A stretch of 64,000 nucleotides of DNA from the human T2T-CHM13v2.0 reference genome, Homo sapiens, in assembly GCF_009914755.1 (NCBI RefSeq), contig NC_060928.1; one strand, given 5' to 3'. This document shows positions 14,491 to 27,330 of this stretch, one piece after another. Numbering within the stretch: position 1 is the first letter of the stretch; every line of letters starts with the position of its first letter. The position numbers were made by a program, and so were the translations under genes. The notes below the pieces were generated by a model. The model did not search any database. It saw only the letters and a list, made by a program, of their open reading frames with translations, and was not told where the DNA came from.

Positions 14491-15679
14491 GTACTGTTTT
14501 TACTCATTTAAATCTTCAGGGTTCATTTGTTTTGGGGACAAGTATTTAGTGGTCATTTGACCTTTTTTTCCTCCCTCTTCACCTCTATTTTGAGAGAAAA
14601 TATACCCTTGAAAATATTTTAGCTTTTTAACTGTATTATTTTCTGGCTGTTGATATTTGAAACTACTCGGATTTTGCTTTGTTTTGTTAGTGTTTTTAGG
14701 AACCAGATGATTGTTGCTGTTGTTTTATTTTAAAGCTTAGTTTAGGTTTGTTTCTTTGTTGTATCTTGTCATGTGTGGTTTTTGTGTTTTATTGCTTGTG
14801 TTGGATAAAGATAAATATACTTTAGCATTACAAAATATACAGAATGTTCTTGACTGGGCAGGAGGGGGAGCTTAATGAATCTTCAACTTGAAATATAGAA
14901 CTAATATGGAGCCAATCAGACAAGAGAACCTGGGCAGGGCAGTCTAGGCACTTTAACTGATTCAGTCAAGGCTCACTAAACTCATCACAGCTTGGTAGAT
15001 CTGACCTGGGAAACACAGTTATTTTGAATTGGGGTTTTTGCCTCCAGTTTGCTTCTATATTTAGCTGTTAATTTTAATCCTTCCTTCTCTTTATTCATTA
15101 TTTTTTAAAAAAATTCTAATAAGCCTACTTTTCTTTTTTTAATGAAGCTTATCTTAGTGTAAGCTCATTCACCTTAATGGAGGAACATTTCTAAGAAGAG
15201 TGAAATTTTCAAAAAGATTTCAAGTCACCGATCCATAGAGGGTCTTCCAGAGCAGAAGGGGAATAGCCCAATGCGGCACAGAAAAAAATCCCTGTGTACC
15301 CTAGCATTCCAGGTGTCACTCTTTCCCCGAGGCCCTGGCTAGCTGGTATATAATATTTGCTGCTGGCCAATAAAACAACAATGGAGAACATTAAGGGTTT
15401 CAATATATGTGAATTTTCCATAAAGTGAAGTTTAAAAAGTAAACTTTTACCACTGAAAACTTGAAAAGCTTTTCAAAGAATTTAGCCACTTGTGGATCAT
15501 TCTCTTCATGAGATCCACTATATGTTTTGAGCTCTCTCTGGAGGGGACTAAATGCAATTTAATGTTCCCTTAATTTCTCAGTATTACTCATGGATACATA
15601 TTATAGAATTTTTCTATAATGCAGTAATACATTGCATGGTATATAAGGCTATTAATTCTTAGATCAAATGGTCACATAA

Positions 15680-16003
<324 letters not shown>

Positions 16004-17282
16004 TTTTTTTAATTCTTGTATTATTTTTATAGGACTTTTTTTTCCTCCTGTGTCCACCTTCCATATTGAAGAGTGACTTCTTTACTTACTGGTGTAGACA
16101 GTTTGCATATCTCTAATAACTTCCTTCAACCTCAACAACCTCTTCATGATTATTTTGTGCTGGGAGCAAGAACACCAGAAAATGAACAAGTTTATAAAAA
16201 ATTATGGACGAATAAGAGGCAATAACTTTATCTGAGGGTCCAAGAGATTCTCTTATGAGAAACGTGCATGTGCCAAAGGACATAGACACAGTGACATCTA
16301 TTTTGGGTGCTCAGGAGACACTTGGCTTGTGTCCAAGTTCTTAGTTGTGTTCTGTAGTAGAGGTTGCCATGGAAGTAGTTCTGGAATAAGTAATGTGTTA
16401 CTGCATCTTATACAGAAAGTGTGGTTTGTTCTTTTTATAAAGTTACTGGAGGTGTGTGTCAAGGAATCAGTGACTAAACAAATCCCAAGAGGCATACCTA
16501 ATATTAATCAAGCACTAAGTGTTTTATTTTAGTCCCATTCACAATCACGCTGTTCACATGCATGTCTAGCTGGGAAACAGCATAATAATGCTTTGTAGGA
16601 AAGAGAGAAAAGGAAAAAAATATTCATTTTCTGGTTTATTCAATTCTTCTGTGTGGAGATTATGCTTAAGAAAACAATGAATAAGGCAAGATTTATTTTC
16701 TCAGTGATTTTTCTGATTTCTTGAATGGCTTTCTAACTTACAAGTTCTTTTAAGCTGAAAAACACTACAAAGCAATTTTATAAACCATGTACAATGAATT
16801 AGTAGCACAATATATGACAATATGTGTTTTCTTCTAATATTTTTATATTGTGCATTTTAGAGCAAAACGAATCACTGATTTCTCAAAGATCTTGAAAATG
16901 ATAGTAGTCACTTTTATTAATCTCACTCTACAAAAGAAAAAAACTGGATATATTACATACATTTATTAAGCTATAAGCTGAGTCCAGGGCAATTCTATGT
17001 TTCAACTTTAATTAGATTCCTTGGCTAAATACTTGATCATTTAACTTTATTTGGAATCACATTGTGAAGACTTTTGTATTAGAAGCTCATTTTTCTTTAA
17101 TTTTTAAAAAAATACAAGTTTCACCTAGTCACTGTAGAAATTTTTCCTAAGTGTTAAAGCATCAGATGGTGTATATGACAAACTTTTCTGTTTGAAACAA
17201 TGAATTAGAGACTGGCTTTTGTCTGCAATAATGAATTTGGGATATGCATATGTTTGTTAACTTTGTCTAAAACAATTCTCTA

Positions 17283-17600
17283 GGCCAGGCATGGTGATTC
17301 ACACCTGTAATCCCAGCACTTTGGGAGGCCAAGGCGGACGAATCACTTGAGGTCAGGAGTTCGAGGGCAGCCTGGCCAACATGGTGAAACCCCATCTCTA
17401 CTACAAAAAATAAAAAAATTAGCCAGGCACGGTGGCGCATGTCTGTAATCCCAGCTACCCGGGAGGCTGAGGTAGGAGCATCACTGCAACCTGGTAGGCG
17501 GAGGTTTCAGTGAGCCGAGATCACACCACTGCACTCCAATATGGGCAACAGAGTGAGATTCTATCTCAAAAAAAAAAAAAAAGAAAAAAAAAAGAAAAAA
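17283..17600 (+). mobile_element. AluS (Sx/Sz-like)
   Basis: Full dimer, long A tail, TSD aaaacaatt(c/g)tctag (17269-17283, 17601-17615). Confidence 0.95.
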
Positions 17601-19599
17601 AAAACAATTGTCTAGAAATTGTGCTTATTTTTGCTTCCTACCTTCAGTTAGGTGGCATGACTTATTTTAAAATGAAATGTTATTCCAATTGAAACACCGC
17701 TGTTTTAAACTGAAAATATGCTATGTTAAGTCAATTCAGTAAAGCTTTTCCTCACTTGACTCCTCTTTCATTTTAATCGAAATTTAATTTTCGTGTTCAT
17801 ACCTAAATAGGAAATTCGACATACTAAAGAATATGTATTTTAAATTTAGAACTTTTGTACCATAAGACCTAAATTTAAAATTCCTGAAATGTCAGTGTCA
17901 TTATGAATACACGCTTAGGAAGACTTCGATTTAGAAAGATACTTTTCAAACCTGGAAAAGGAAACAACCATTTAAATGAATTAATGCATGTTAGCATTCA
18001 CTGATAACACCTTATAAGGGTGCTTCTTAGTACAACCTTATGAGAATTCTCCAGAAGCCTCAGAATTCAGCCCCTTATAAACTAGAATTCAGTGAGCAAG
18101 ATTTATGTTTCCCAAGGAACTGTCAAGCTTAGTGCTTTTGATTGTGTTCAGGGAAGAGAAGATATTGAGATTTCTGAAGTTGTTGAACAGAGAAAGAGAT
18201 AAATGCTTTGTTCTTTGAAAAATCCACATTTAGTTCATTTTCAATTACAATCTCCCAGGGAAAAAAGATACTCAAACTGACTCAAGTATGTTCCTACATA
18301 TTGGCCTTTGTTTAACATATTAAATTGGAGCTTCTGGACAGTTGAAGAGGTAATATGAATCCAAGGTTCTTTTTGTATTAATACATCTTAATCATGAAAT
18401 AAATGTTTGTTGAATGACTATTACTTTCAAACCTTAATTTAAAAAGACATCGACAAATAAAATGATGTTAAAACTGCTATGTTTTATTTCATATTTGATT
18501 ATTGGAGTATTTGTTACTTAGTATACTGCTGAATCATGCTAAAACATGAACAGTTCATTAAGCAAAGCCATTTAATAAATTCTGAAATTACTGTTAGCAA
18601 ACAGTAATTTGGAACTGTAAATTGCCAGAAGAAAAAGCATCGGGTATCTACAGTCAATAATAATTCAGAAAGTGGAATTGGAGGACAAGAAGGTCTCAAG
18701 TGTTATTCTATAACCCCCCTCCTTTTCTTTTTTGGTTTTGTTTCTTTTGCTGTAGGTATTGTGGAAATTATTTGTTTTATATCAATCAGAACACTTTGAA
18801 AAAAAATTTTACTGTTGTGTATTCTTCCATTCTATGGTTATACTGTACATAATAGAACATGGCTCCTATTGTTGGGGACCTACATTGTTTCAGTGACTTC
18901 TGCTGTGAATAAAATTAGGATAAGCATTCTTTTACATATGAATTTGCTCATTTGATTATTTCAGAACTGAAATGACTTGGAAATTAGTGAGTCCTGATCA
19001 CTTTTTTTTTTTTAAGAGTAGGAGAACTAGTCCTGAAATATCACTGATCTAGAACCTTGGCTTCCAAGCTTTCAGTCTAATATCTGTATCTAGCCAGAAG
19101 TAATGACTGAGTGACAAATACATAAGGGGGCAGGAAGTGAAAGCATAATTTCCTTCTGTCTGAGTAAGAGGTCAATCATGTACCCCATTCTCTGAAAATC
19201 CCCAGGGAATGGAAGGGTTCTCATACTAAAGAAAACAGTCACGATTCCATGCCAGACTTTATTCTCAAGGAGTGATAAACATATGATAGCTATGGGAACA
19301 TTTTTAAATAGCTGTCATTTTGTTAATGAGTATTTGCTAAAGCATTTCCTGGGCCACTGGTGTTTATGGAACTTTTAAACAAAATATTTATGAAGATGGA
19401 ACCGGGACTTGCTTCATAAATTATGTCCTTTTACTTGCACCTTTGCTTTTCCTCACTGCACAACGATGTTCAGGCCTCTTCTACATGAAACAAACAAACA
19501 AATCTTCAGCCTTTTCAACCATGTTCTTTTTTCCTGGTGCCAAGAAAAATTTATATTTTTTGTTTCTTCTCCCTTGCCTCCCTCTGAGTTGATTGCCCT

Positions 19600-20420
19600 T
19601 TGCACTTTGGCATTATTTCTACCACAATATTGAAATGACCTCTCAGAGGTTGCTCATGATGGCTGAATTAACAGTTAAATTCAACAGCTTTTTATCTCTG
19701 TCTTCACCTTCTGTTCTTTCTGCCATCTATACTGTTTACCCTCATGCTCTTCTTGAAATAGTTCTGTCTTTTGATATTAGAGATCTTGTAGAGATCTAGT
19801 ACATAGCCTATGGCTCTGCCCCTCTCCTAGGCTTTTTTTTTCTTCCCTCTTGTTAGAGGGCTCCTGTTTTCTTCCCACCTTCTTGGTTTCAGTGTCTGTG
19901 TTTATTTTGTTTTCTCTCTTAGTCTTTCTTCCTTGGAAAATTTCATATAGGCCTATGGCTTCATCTTAAAGCTCAATGTGGATATCTGATCAGCAAAGCC
20001 TCTTCCACCCTTTGTGCGAGTTGTAACAAACGTCCCCTTCCTCCAGATGCACAATGCTCGCATCAGGATCTTCAGCTTGGCAGCAAACTGAGCTGGATTT
20101 CAGCCCCTGCTCAGCCTGCACAACCTCAGACAGTTGCCCTGCTGGTCAGGGCCTCCTATTCAATGCTGTCTATGGTATTCCAGTGCTTCAAACTCCATGT
20201 CTTTCCCTCAGTCAAACTAGCCTTCCATCTTTCATCTCCTCCATCACTTTTTATACAACCAGGTGCCAATTAGAATTTTAGCAACCATTTCCTTGGCATT
20301 TTTCCTTTTTATTTCCATGGCCACATTCTTGCTCAGAATTTAATTCCCTCTTGTTAGCCTACTGTCCCCGCCCCAATCCTTTTCTACTACAGTCTATCCT
20401 CTATACATTTGGCAATTTGA
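19600..20420 (+). mobile_element. Old L2 fragment
   Basis: Pyrimidine-rich with L2-like motifs ('ctcttcttgaaata', 'cctatggcttca', 'caaactgagct'); highly diverged. Confidence 0.45.
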
Positions 20421-20435
20421 AGATGATTATATATC

Positions 20436-20482
<47 letters not shown>

Positions 20483-20498
20483 CTCTATCTCTCTATCT
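20436..20498. repeat. (TCTA)11(TCTCTCTA)2 tetranucleotide STR
   Basis: Read directly from the sequence. Confidence 0.97.
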
Positions 20499-21619
20499 GC
20501 TTTCCTATCTAGATATAGACACATAAATATAGATAGATATAATTATACCCCCCAACTTTTCGATGAGTCCTTAGCAGATGGACAGAAGCAGAGGCTGTAA
20601 AGTTGAATTTCAGAATTTGAGGTCCAGCTTTGGTGCATTCACGTGTGTCATCCTGTGTGTTACTCAGTTTCAGGGTGTCAATAATGAATAACCTATGTCA
20701 AAACCTTCTATGTGCCAGCCACAGTGCTCTGAGCATTTCCCATATATTGTTCATTCAGCACTCAAAAGAAAACATTTTGTTCTGTTTGTACTAGACATTA
20801 TAAAAATGGAATCAAATTTATCTTAAAGAGACTGCTTTATTCTCTGAGTTCAATTTGGGTTTTGAAGAAGTCTACAGTAAAGTTAAATTCAGATAATACC
20901 AATGGTCTTGGCCCGATTGCAAGTGGTGGTAAAACAAAGGCAAGTGAGTATTATATTTTATTTTGAGATAAAATCATCTCCTTGTTCTGTTTTTGTTGTT
21001 GTTGTTGTTATTTTGTTTTGTTTTGTTTTTTTAAGAAAGAGCAGCAAGAAAAGTAAAACAGATTTTTTTTTCTTTTTAACAATTACAAACTACATAACGC
21101 AAATAAACACTTTCCTTTGTTCAATGCTTATATGTGGTTTTCTTTATTTATTCTTAGTGTCACAAAACAAGCAACTGGAGTAGCCAGAAACCTATCCCAC
21201 ATTTTTTGACACCAGGCTGCCTCATTTGCCAGAATACTGTCCTTTCTTTCAATTTAAGAATCCATCAGTGCCGTTGTCAAATTTAAGTGGAAATACTTCA
21301 AAGTAATGACTAAGGGTCTTCAGACATGTGCCAGGAATATTATTTTGCTATAACTGCTACCCTAGAGTCATAAATTAATTTTCCAGAGTGACACCTCCTT
21401 GTCACTTTGGGAAGATAAAGTGACCATCATTTCTTATACCCAGTATGGGTTTTTGGAAGGCTGTTGTTAGTGTTTCTTCTAATGCTTCTCTCAGAGACCA
21501 CTACTACCTTTTTTTTTTATTTCTGTAAAAGGACTTAGGCTTTTTCTTAACATCTATGGCCTATTTCATTTCCTTAATTAACTAATTACTTATAAATGGA
21601 AGTTGCATAAGTCATACAA

Positions 21620-21735
21620 TTGGGAAGTTGGATGGGATCTTAATGATCTCGTAATTAACCCCCACATATTTCTCTAATGACCAAAACTGTCCAAACTAAG
21701 TTAAGAACTTATCAATAATCACATAGCAACTCTAG
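21620..21735 (-). mobile_element. MIR/MIR3 fragment
   Basis: 'agttggatgggatcttaatgatc...aaccccca...aaaactg...aagttaagaactt...tcacatagc'. Confidence 0.45.
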
Positions 21736-22504
21736 AATGTGTTTCCTCATTAAGAACCTGCAGCCATACTGGCAACTTCTTGGAGTATTAATTCCATTGC
21801 AAAGTCTCAAACCTGCAGCAGAAATAAACCTGAGGCTTCTCTTCCTTTCTCTCTTCATCTTTGGCTGTCAGCAGGAATAACATCTTAGAAATCCATCCTC
21901 TTTCATTCATAGGAGCTACTTTTTAGTAGGGGAAGCCTTCCACACAATGTTTTCTTGACTTTGAACTTCTGTAGCTCTTGAAATGGGAATTAGTGGCATA
22001 CATAACAAATAAAATAATAAAATATTTATGAATCGCCCCCAAAGTGCAGCTCCCAATGCTCCACAGTATTCTCTGAAGTAAAGCAAATCTTTGTGTCAGA
22101 GATATGCATTTCAAAAAGTATTAACATGATATTGTGGCAGTTTTATAATATGAAGTACTGTATCTCTTATGAACACACACACACAGAGATATTGGGGGAA
22201 ATTGTTTGGGACAACAAACCCAATTAGAGTAAATGTTGAATGCTTCCCTTCTTCCTTCCCCTCAGGCTTGTCACTAACTCTGCCCACTTTCTCATATACA
22301 TGGCTGGCTTCAGCATTTCTGTACTTTCTCACCTTTGTATGGTTTGCCACATGCAGGTGGTTTTTCAGCCCAGAGAAGTTTTCCCAGGTCTTGTTTTTCT
22401 GGAATCATTACTTCTGAATCACTTTACTTCATCCCTCCTCTTTCAAAACTTTGCTGTGACTTTCAGCACTTCACATTTTGACTTCTTACTAACCAGTCCA
22501 TTCA

Positions 22505-22575
22505 AGCTCAGCTGGACTGTAAGCTCTTTGAGGGCAGGGGCTTTGTCTTACATATTTGTCTGAGCACAGTGTTTC
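22505..22575 (+). mobile_element. L2 3' end fragment
   Basis: 'gactgtaagctctttgagggcaggggctttgtctt'. Confidence 0.6.
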
Positions 22576-23199
22576 ACCCACAAATCCCAAATTTTGGGGT
22601 CCAGTATTGCTCTGGTCTTGTTACAAATGTGGACATATCCTCTGTGAGAATGTGCTGACGGATTGCCCGGCCTGTCGCAGTGGACATTTAATTAAGTGAC
22701 TGGAAAGTTAAAAGACACTAACAAGAGGATATGAGCTTGCTTTTCTTCCCTTTTGGTAAAATATTCCAGGCCTTTGCTCTCCATATATTTCATTTCTTAT
22801 TTGCTCAGATTTCATAATAAAGCAGATGACCATTCAGGTGACTCATTCAACTTTGTTTATCTTAGATTCTTCACCATTTGTTGGAGTTTCAGCAGTTGTG
22901 CTTCACATGATGGGGACTTAGACTCAATGCTGACATTTTAGAGATATTTTGAGATGTTAGCTCGTGGTCTACCTCCTTGCATTTGGCTTTGCTCCAATCC
23001 CATTTATTTTGTGACAAATATTGCCTAAGAAAAGGGATAATTCAAAAAAAAGTGTTTTGGATTTTTTGTTTGTAACAGCTTTTGAGTTTCAAAAAAATCT
23101 AACTCCATAAGGACTCAGGGTTCAAATTTTAAATTATAATGACAACAACAAAATAAAACAGATTTCTTTACCTTACCACTAAGAGCAAATAATGCAGAT

Positions 23200-23872
23200 A
23201 TTAATAATTTTCATGGTAATGGAGCCAAAGGCAGAATCAGAGGAGATACAAAGAGACATCAGGTTCTTGAGGGGTGGCAGGATCCTAAGTGCTCCAAGTT
23301 CTGCCACACCATGCTGGGTACTCCCTGAGCTGAGTACATGGGGGACAGAACTGAAAACCCAGATCACACTGGGAAAATCTAAGAGCAAAGGAACCTGTAG
23401 ATCACTTCCCATGTAAAGTGCATGGAGGCTGCAAAACTTGAATCACTTTTTAGTGCCCTGCATAGTGCCAGGTCATTAGAAATGGGTGTCTAAGAAGATG
23501 TGTCCAAAACAGCCTCCCAGGTTAACCCCATGCCCTAAATGCAGCCAAGAAAGGAAGAGAAGGAGTGGTGAGAGAGACAAATCCAGAGAAGCCCAAACGT
23601 AGCCACAGGGTCTGTGGACTTAAGCCTAGGAACACACAGGGATGAGGAAGCCAGTATATCAGAGATGCCTATGTGTGCAGGAGATGATGACCACAGACCA
23701 GATTCCCCCTCATCCCCACCCAGGACATGTAACTCTCTCTGTTCCTGACATCAGATGATATAAAGAAAGTAAGTTAATCAAAATTAAGTTTCAGCCACCT
23801 GGCAATATAAAAAAATAAGGAAGTTATGTCTTATACACCTGGTTTTATAGACTAACATCTATTCCTTCTACA
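23200..23872 (+). mobile_element. Probable MamGypLTR-type ancient Gypsy LTR
   Basis: 3' end 'aaattaagttt...aaaataaggaagttatgtcttatacacctggttttatagactaacatctattccttctaca' resembles MamGypLTR termini; 5' boundary uncertain. Confidence 0.45.
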
Positions 23873-24438
23873 CAAATTATATTTTAAACTTAAACCAATC
23901 ATTTTTAGCTATCTATTTTGCTATTAAAAATTTTGGTTGGTAATAATGGTTTATAATCTTATCAAAAGTGTAAAGTATACTTTATTTTTTTGAAGCTGGA
24001 GGGATTTCAAAGCTTGAAATACGAAGTGTAGGATTTGACCTGGTTAGGTCTTGACCATAGAGGTGAGAGGATTAGGGAATAATAAAGTAATCTTACAGGA
24101 GAATCTCCACTTTAGACGGTTTAATAGAGCTTCAGATTTTAGTTTATATTTCATACAAATTCTGGTCTCTAAGGATCACAAACATTTATTATCTTTCCAC
24201 TCCTTACCAGTGTTATCTTAAGTGACACAAAGCAAATGCAGAAATTTTCATAAATCACTCAAAAGGATTGTTGCTTGGCTGAAAGTGCCTTATAAACTGA
24301 GCCCATACTGGTAATGAGTGATCTTTTCCCAAGTTCTTAAAGTACAGCTAAGATTCCCAGAAAGTAACACCTGTTCTAAGATATGGGCTCCATTGAGATC
24401 AAGGACAGAAAGGAAAATTACTTCTGTTTTCTCGAGGA

Positions 24439-24845
24439 TGTGGCATAATAAGAAATACATATTTGGCCTTTGTTCCTTTCTCCTGGGACACAGCTTTCAA
24501 AATCCATGGAATCTCTAGAGTGATGAGAGTGTCTTTTGTATGCTAATGAGATGACTTGTGGCTGGGGCCCCTAGATAGCTCCAGCATAGGGTCTGGTCTC
24601 CAGAAAGGCCAAGGCACAATTAGAATGTTGGAACTTTCAGTCCCAGCACTCAACCTCCAGAGGCAGGAGAGGGGCTGAAGTCTGAGTTAATTACCCTTGG
24701 TCAATAATTTACTTAATCATGCCTATGTAATGGAACCTCCATTAAAAAAAAAAAAAAAAAAGATGGGATTTTGGAGAGCACCTGTGTTGGTGAACACATC
24801 AAGATTCAAAGAGATGCATGCCCATAAATGGCATAGAAACTCTAC
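24439..24845 (+). mobile_element. MER21-family LTR, 5' part
   Basis: 'tgtggcataataagaaatacatatttgg...gtcttttgtatgctaatgagatgact...ggaactttcag...aatcatgcctatgtaatggaacctcca'. Confidence 0.8.
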
Positions 24846-25529
24846 AGAGAATCAAAGAAAAGGCAATACTAAACAGATCAGGCAGACTTTTTCTTTTTCT
24901 TTTTTTTTAAAGAGAGAATCAGTCCGCAGGTTGGCTGGAGTTCAGGGATAAAACTCTTCTTAAGAGTGAAATGGCAAGAAAGATTCAGGCTCATCGAGCA
25001 CTGGGAATTAGATAGGAACAGAGACACCAAAAAAGCAAAAACTCAACTTATAATAGAACCAACATCTGATGCTACAGAGTATGAAGAAAAACTGAGTTGG
25101 CAGTGAGAGCCAAGTGGTAGTACAGAAAAGCGTATTATATTGCAAACCTATAGAGAATGTCAGGTATTCTTCAGGGCTACCCTGTTCTGGACTTTTGACA
25201 TTCGTGGTAAACTGCCAGAAGGTCTTAGGGGAATGGAGAAGTTGATGCCAACCGTTCCAGTGCATTCACTGTAGAAACTATTGCTGGAGATTATGATTGC
25301 CTTCTCCTCGAGAGACAATGCTAAGGATATACTAGAATCTTCTTGAGAAGTCCTACTCAACCATCAGTATGATATTTTGTCTTCTAAGACTATTGGATTT
25401 TTGTATCTCCTTGCTTTAAGATCTAAGTAAGAATGTTTCATTAGTCATTGCTTACGTTTCTGGACTGTCTTCCAATGCCCTGACTTTACATATCCTTTCC
25501 TCTTTTCTTCTCTCAATAAAGCTGTGTAC

Positions 25530-25712
25530 ATTACAATTTTTTTTATTAGGTGCAGAAATCACTTGAAGAACTTAAAATGCAAATTTCTAGGCCCTATGCC
25601 CAAAGTATCTGATTCAACTAATCTGATATGGGGCCCCAGAATATGCATTTTAACAAAAACTCCAGGTGATTATGGCACAGGTGGTCCATGGACCACACTT
25701 TGGAAAGCACTG
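25530..25712 (+). mobile_element. MER5B-like hAT-Charlie element
   Basis: 'tctgattca...gggccccagaatatgcattttaacaa...ccaggtgat...ggtggtccatggaccacactttggaaagcactg'. Confidence 0.75.
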
Positions 25713-26959
25713 CTTTAAGTCATCTAAATGCCTTGGGAAGTTGACAATTTACTAGCTGTATTATACCTCTCGGACTGTCTCTTGCATCCCATGTAGCACA
25801 CAAATCATTCTTTTTCACACCATATCTTGATTTGAAGCTCTGAAAATGGTTCCAATAACTGTATCTTGCACCAAAACATTGAGAATTTTAGGTTCCAATT
25901 TATAATTCAAGATACAATCAATCTTGAAAACAATCATTTGTCTGTCTTTAGTTTTATTGTCTCTACGATTTTAAGGGAAACTTATTTTTATTGAAATTTA
26001 CACTCATTCTGAGATATGAAAATGGTTTCAATTTATACCTGAAATACAAGATTATATCCTTTTGCTCTTCCCAGAGTAAAAAATCTCTCCTTCACATTTA
26101 TTAGAGAACTGTTCTTTCAACCACAAGCATAAAGACAGACTCTTGGTAGGAGTTAAAAAGGACTATTTGGGATATTTACAGTGTCTCTTTAGAACTGGAA
26201 GCTGGACAACAAGTAGTCATCACATATGGGAAAGATTTACATTGCCTGAGTGGGCTCAAGTTTGATGTAGTATAAATGGTATTTTCAAATGCTTCGTTCT
26301 CCAGATTTTCCATGGCTACAGTATATGCTCTTGTCTCTACTGAGAAATATGCTAGTCTAGGGAATATTGAATAAGCATTCTTCCAGGCAGTGTAGTCATA
26401 GCCTTTTGTTTTCAGCCAAGTTTAGTGTGACTGTTTCACATATGATTTTCCTCTTCATGAACTACATTGGAAAAAATTAAAACCTTGTCTAAAAATAAAT
26501 ATATCAGGCTTTTACCCATTAATCAGTAAACATTTATTGTCACTAAGGTCTGTAAGAACTAAATAGTAGGCTTATGCAGCAGATTGAGAATCCAATGCTA
26601 GTCAAAACCTGTTGTGTCCTTCCCCTTTTTAACCAAACAAAGAAATAAAGAATCACAGAAAGGGAAGAACTCCATTAAATGGCGTATGAGGGCAGCTGCC
26701 TGAAAAAGTAGGTAGGGTTAGAACTAAATGTCCATATTGTGGGCATCTGCATAGGCCTTTTATATTTTTGTTTTTCAGAATGAACTTATCATCAATGTGT
26801 TCAGTGTTATAAATTCTGATACTATAACATATTCAGATTGAGCAAGAAGGCATATTTAACGGCAAAGATAAGAGGTACAAACGTAAAATATTGCTCTCTA
26901 CTAAGTGATTAAGATTTGAAAAGTGACACCAGGAAAGAAATTGTATGTGTTAAAATACC

Positions 26960-27330
26960 AAGATAGTTATGAAAGGTATTCACCAAATATTTCCACCTCT
27001 CTTCTCTCCAGGCACGAAAGAGAGTTATATCAATTATATCTCTCCCCTCCTTTAAAGTTAGTCATGGCCAGATAACTTGCTTTGACCAATGAAGAATGAG
27101 CAGAAGTGATGTGTCCCACTTCCATGTAGAAGATTTAGGTGCAATGATTGGGGTCATCGTGTGCCCTTCCAATGGCTATGGGATCATGGAAGCACATATT
27201 GAGGTGCTTGAGTGACTATGATGAGCTAAGGACTCTGCTGACCCACATTGGACTGGTATAAGTCAGAAATAATCTTTGTTGTAGAACTGCTTGTTAGTGC
27301 AGCATAATTTAGCCTATCTTGAGTAGTACA
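26960..27330 (+). mobile_element. MLT1I-type MaLR solo LTR
   Basis: 'acttgctttgaccaatgaa...gagcagaagtgatgtgt...gagtgactatgatgagc...ttgttagtgcagcataatttagcctatcttgagtagtaca'. Confidence 0.75.

Noticed and set aside
20878-20949. Possible small exon ending CAA|GTGAGT
   Set aside because: Weak acceptor context and no other support
21383-21410. Imperfect 11-bp hairpin ccagagtgaca/tgtcactttgg
   Set aside because: Short and mismatched; chance level
25007-25360. Balanced-composition block that looked like a processed pseudogene or exon
   Set aside because: The frames I translated gave no recognisable protein, and I saw no poly-A, TSD or clear splice pair. It may be a very old LINE fragment.
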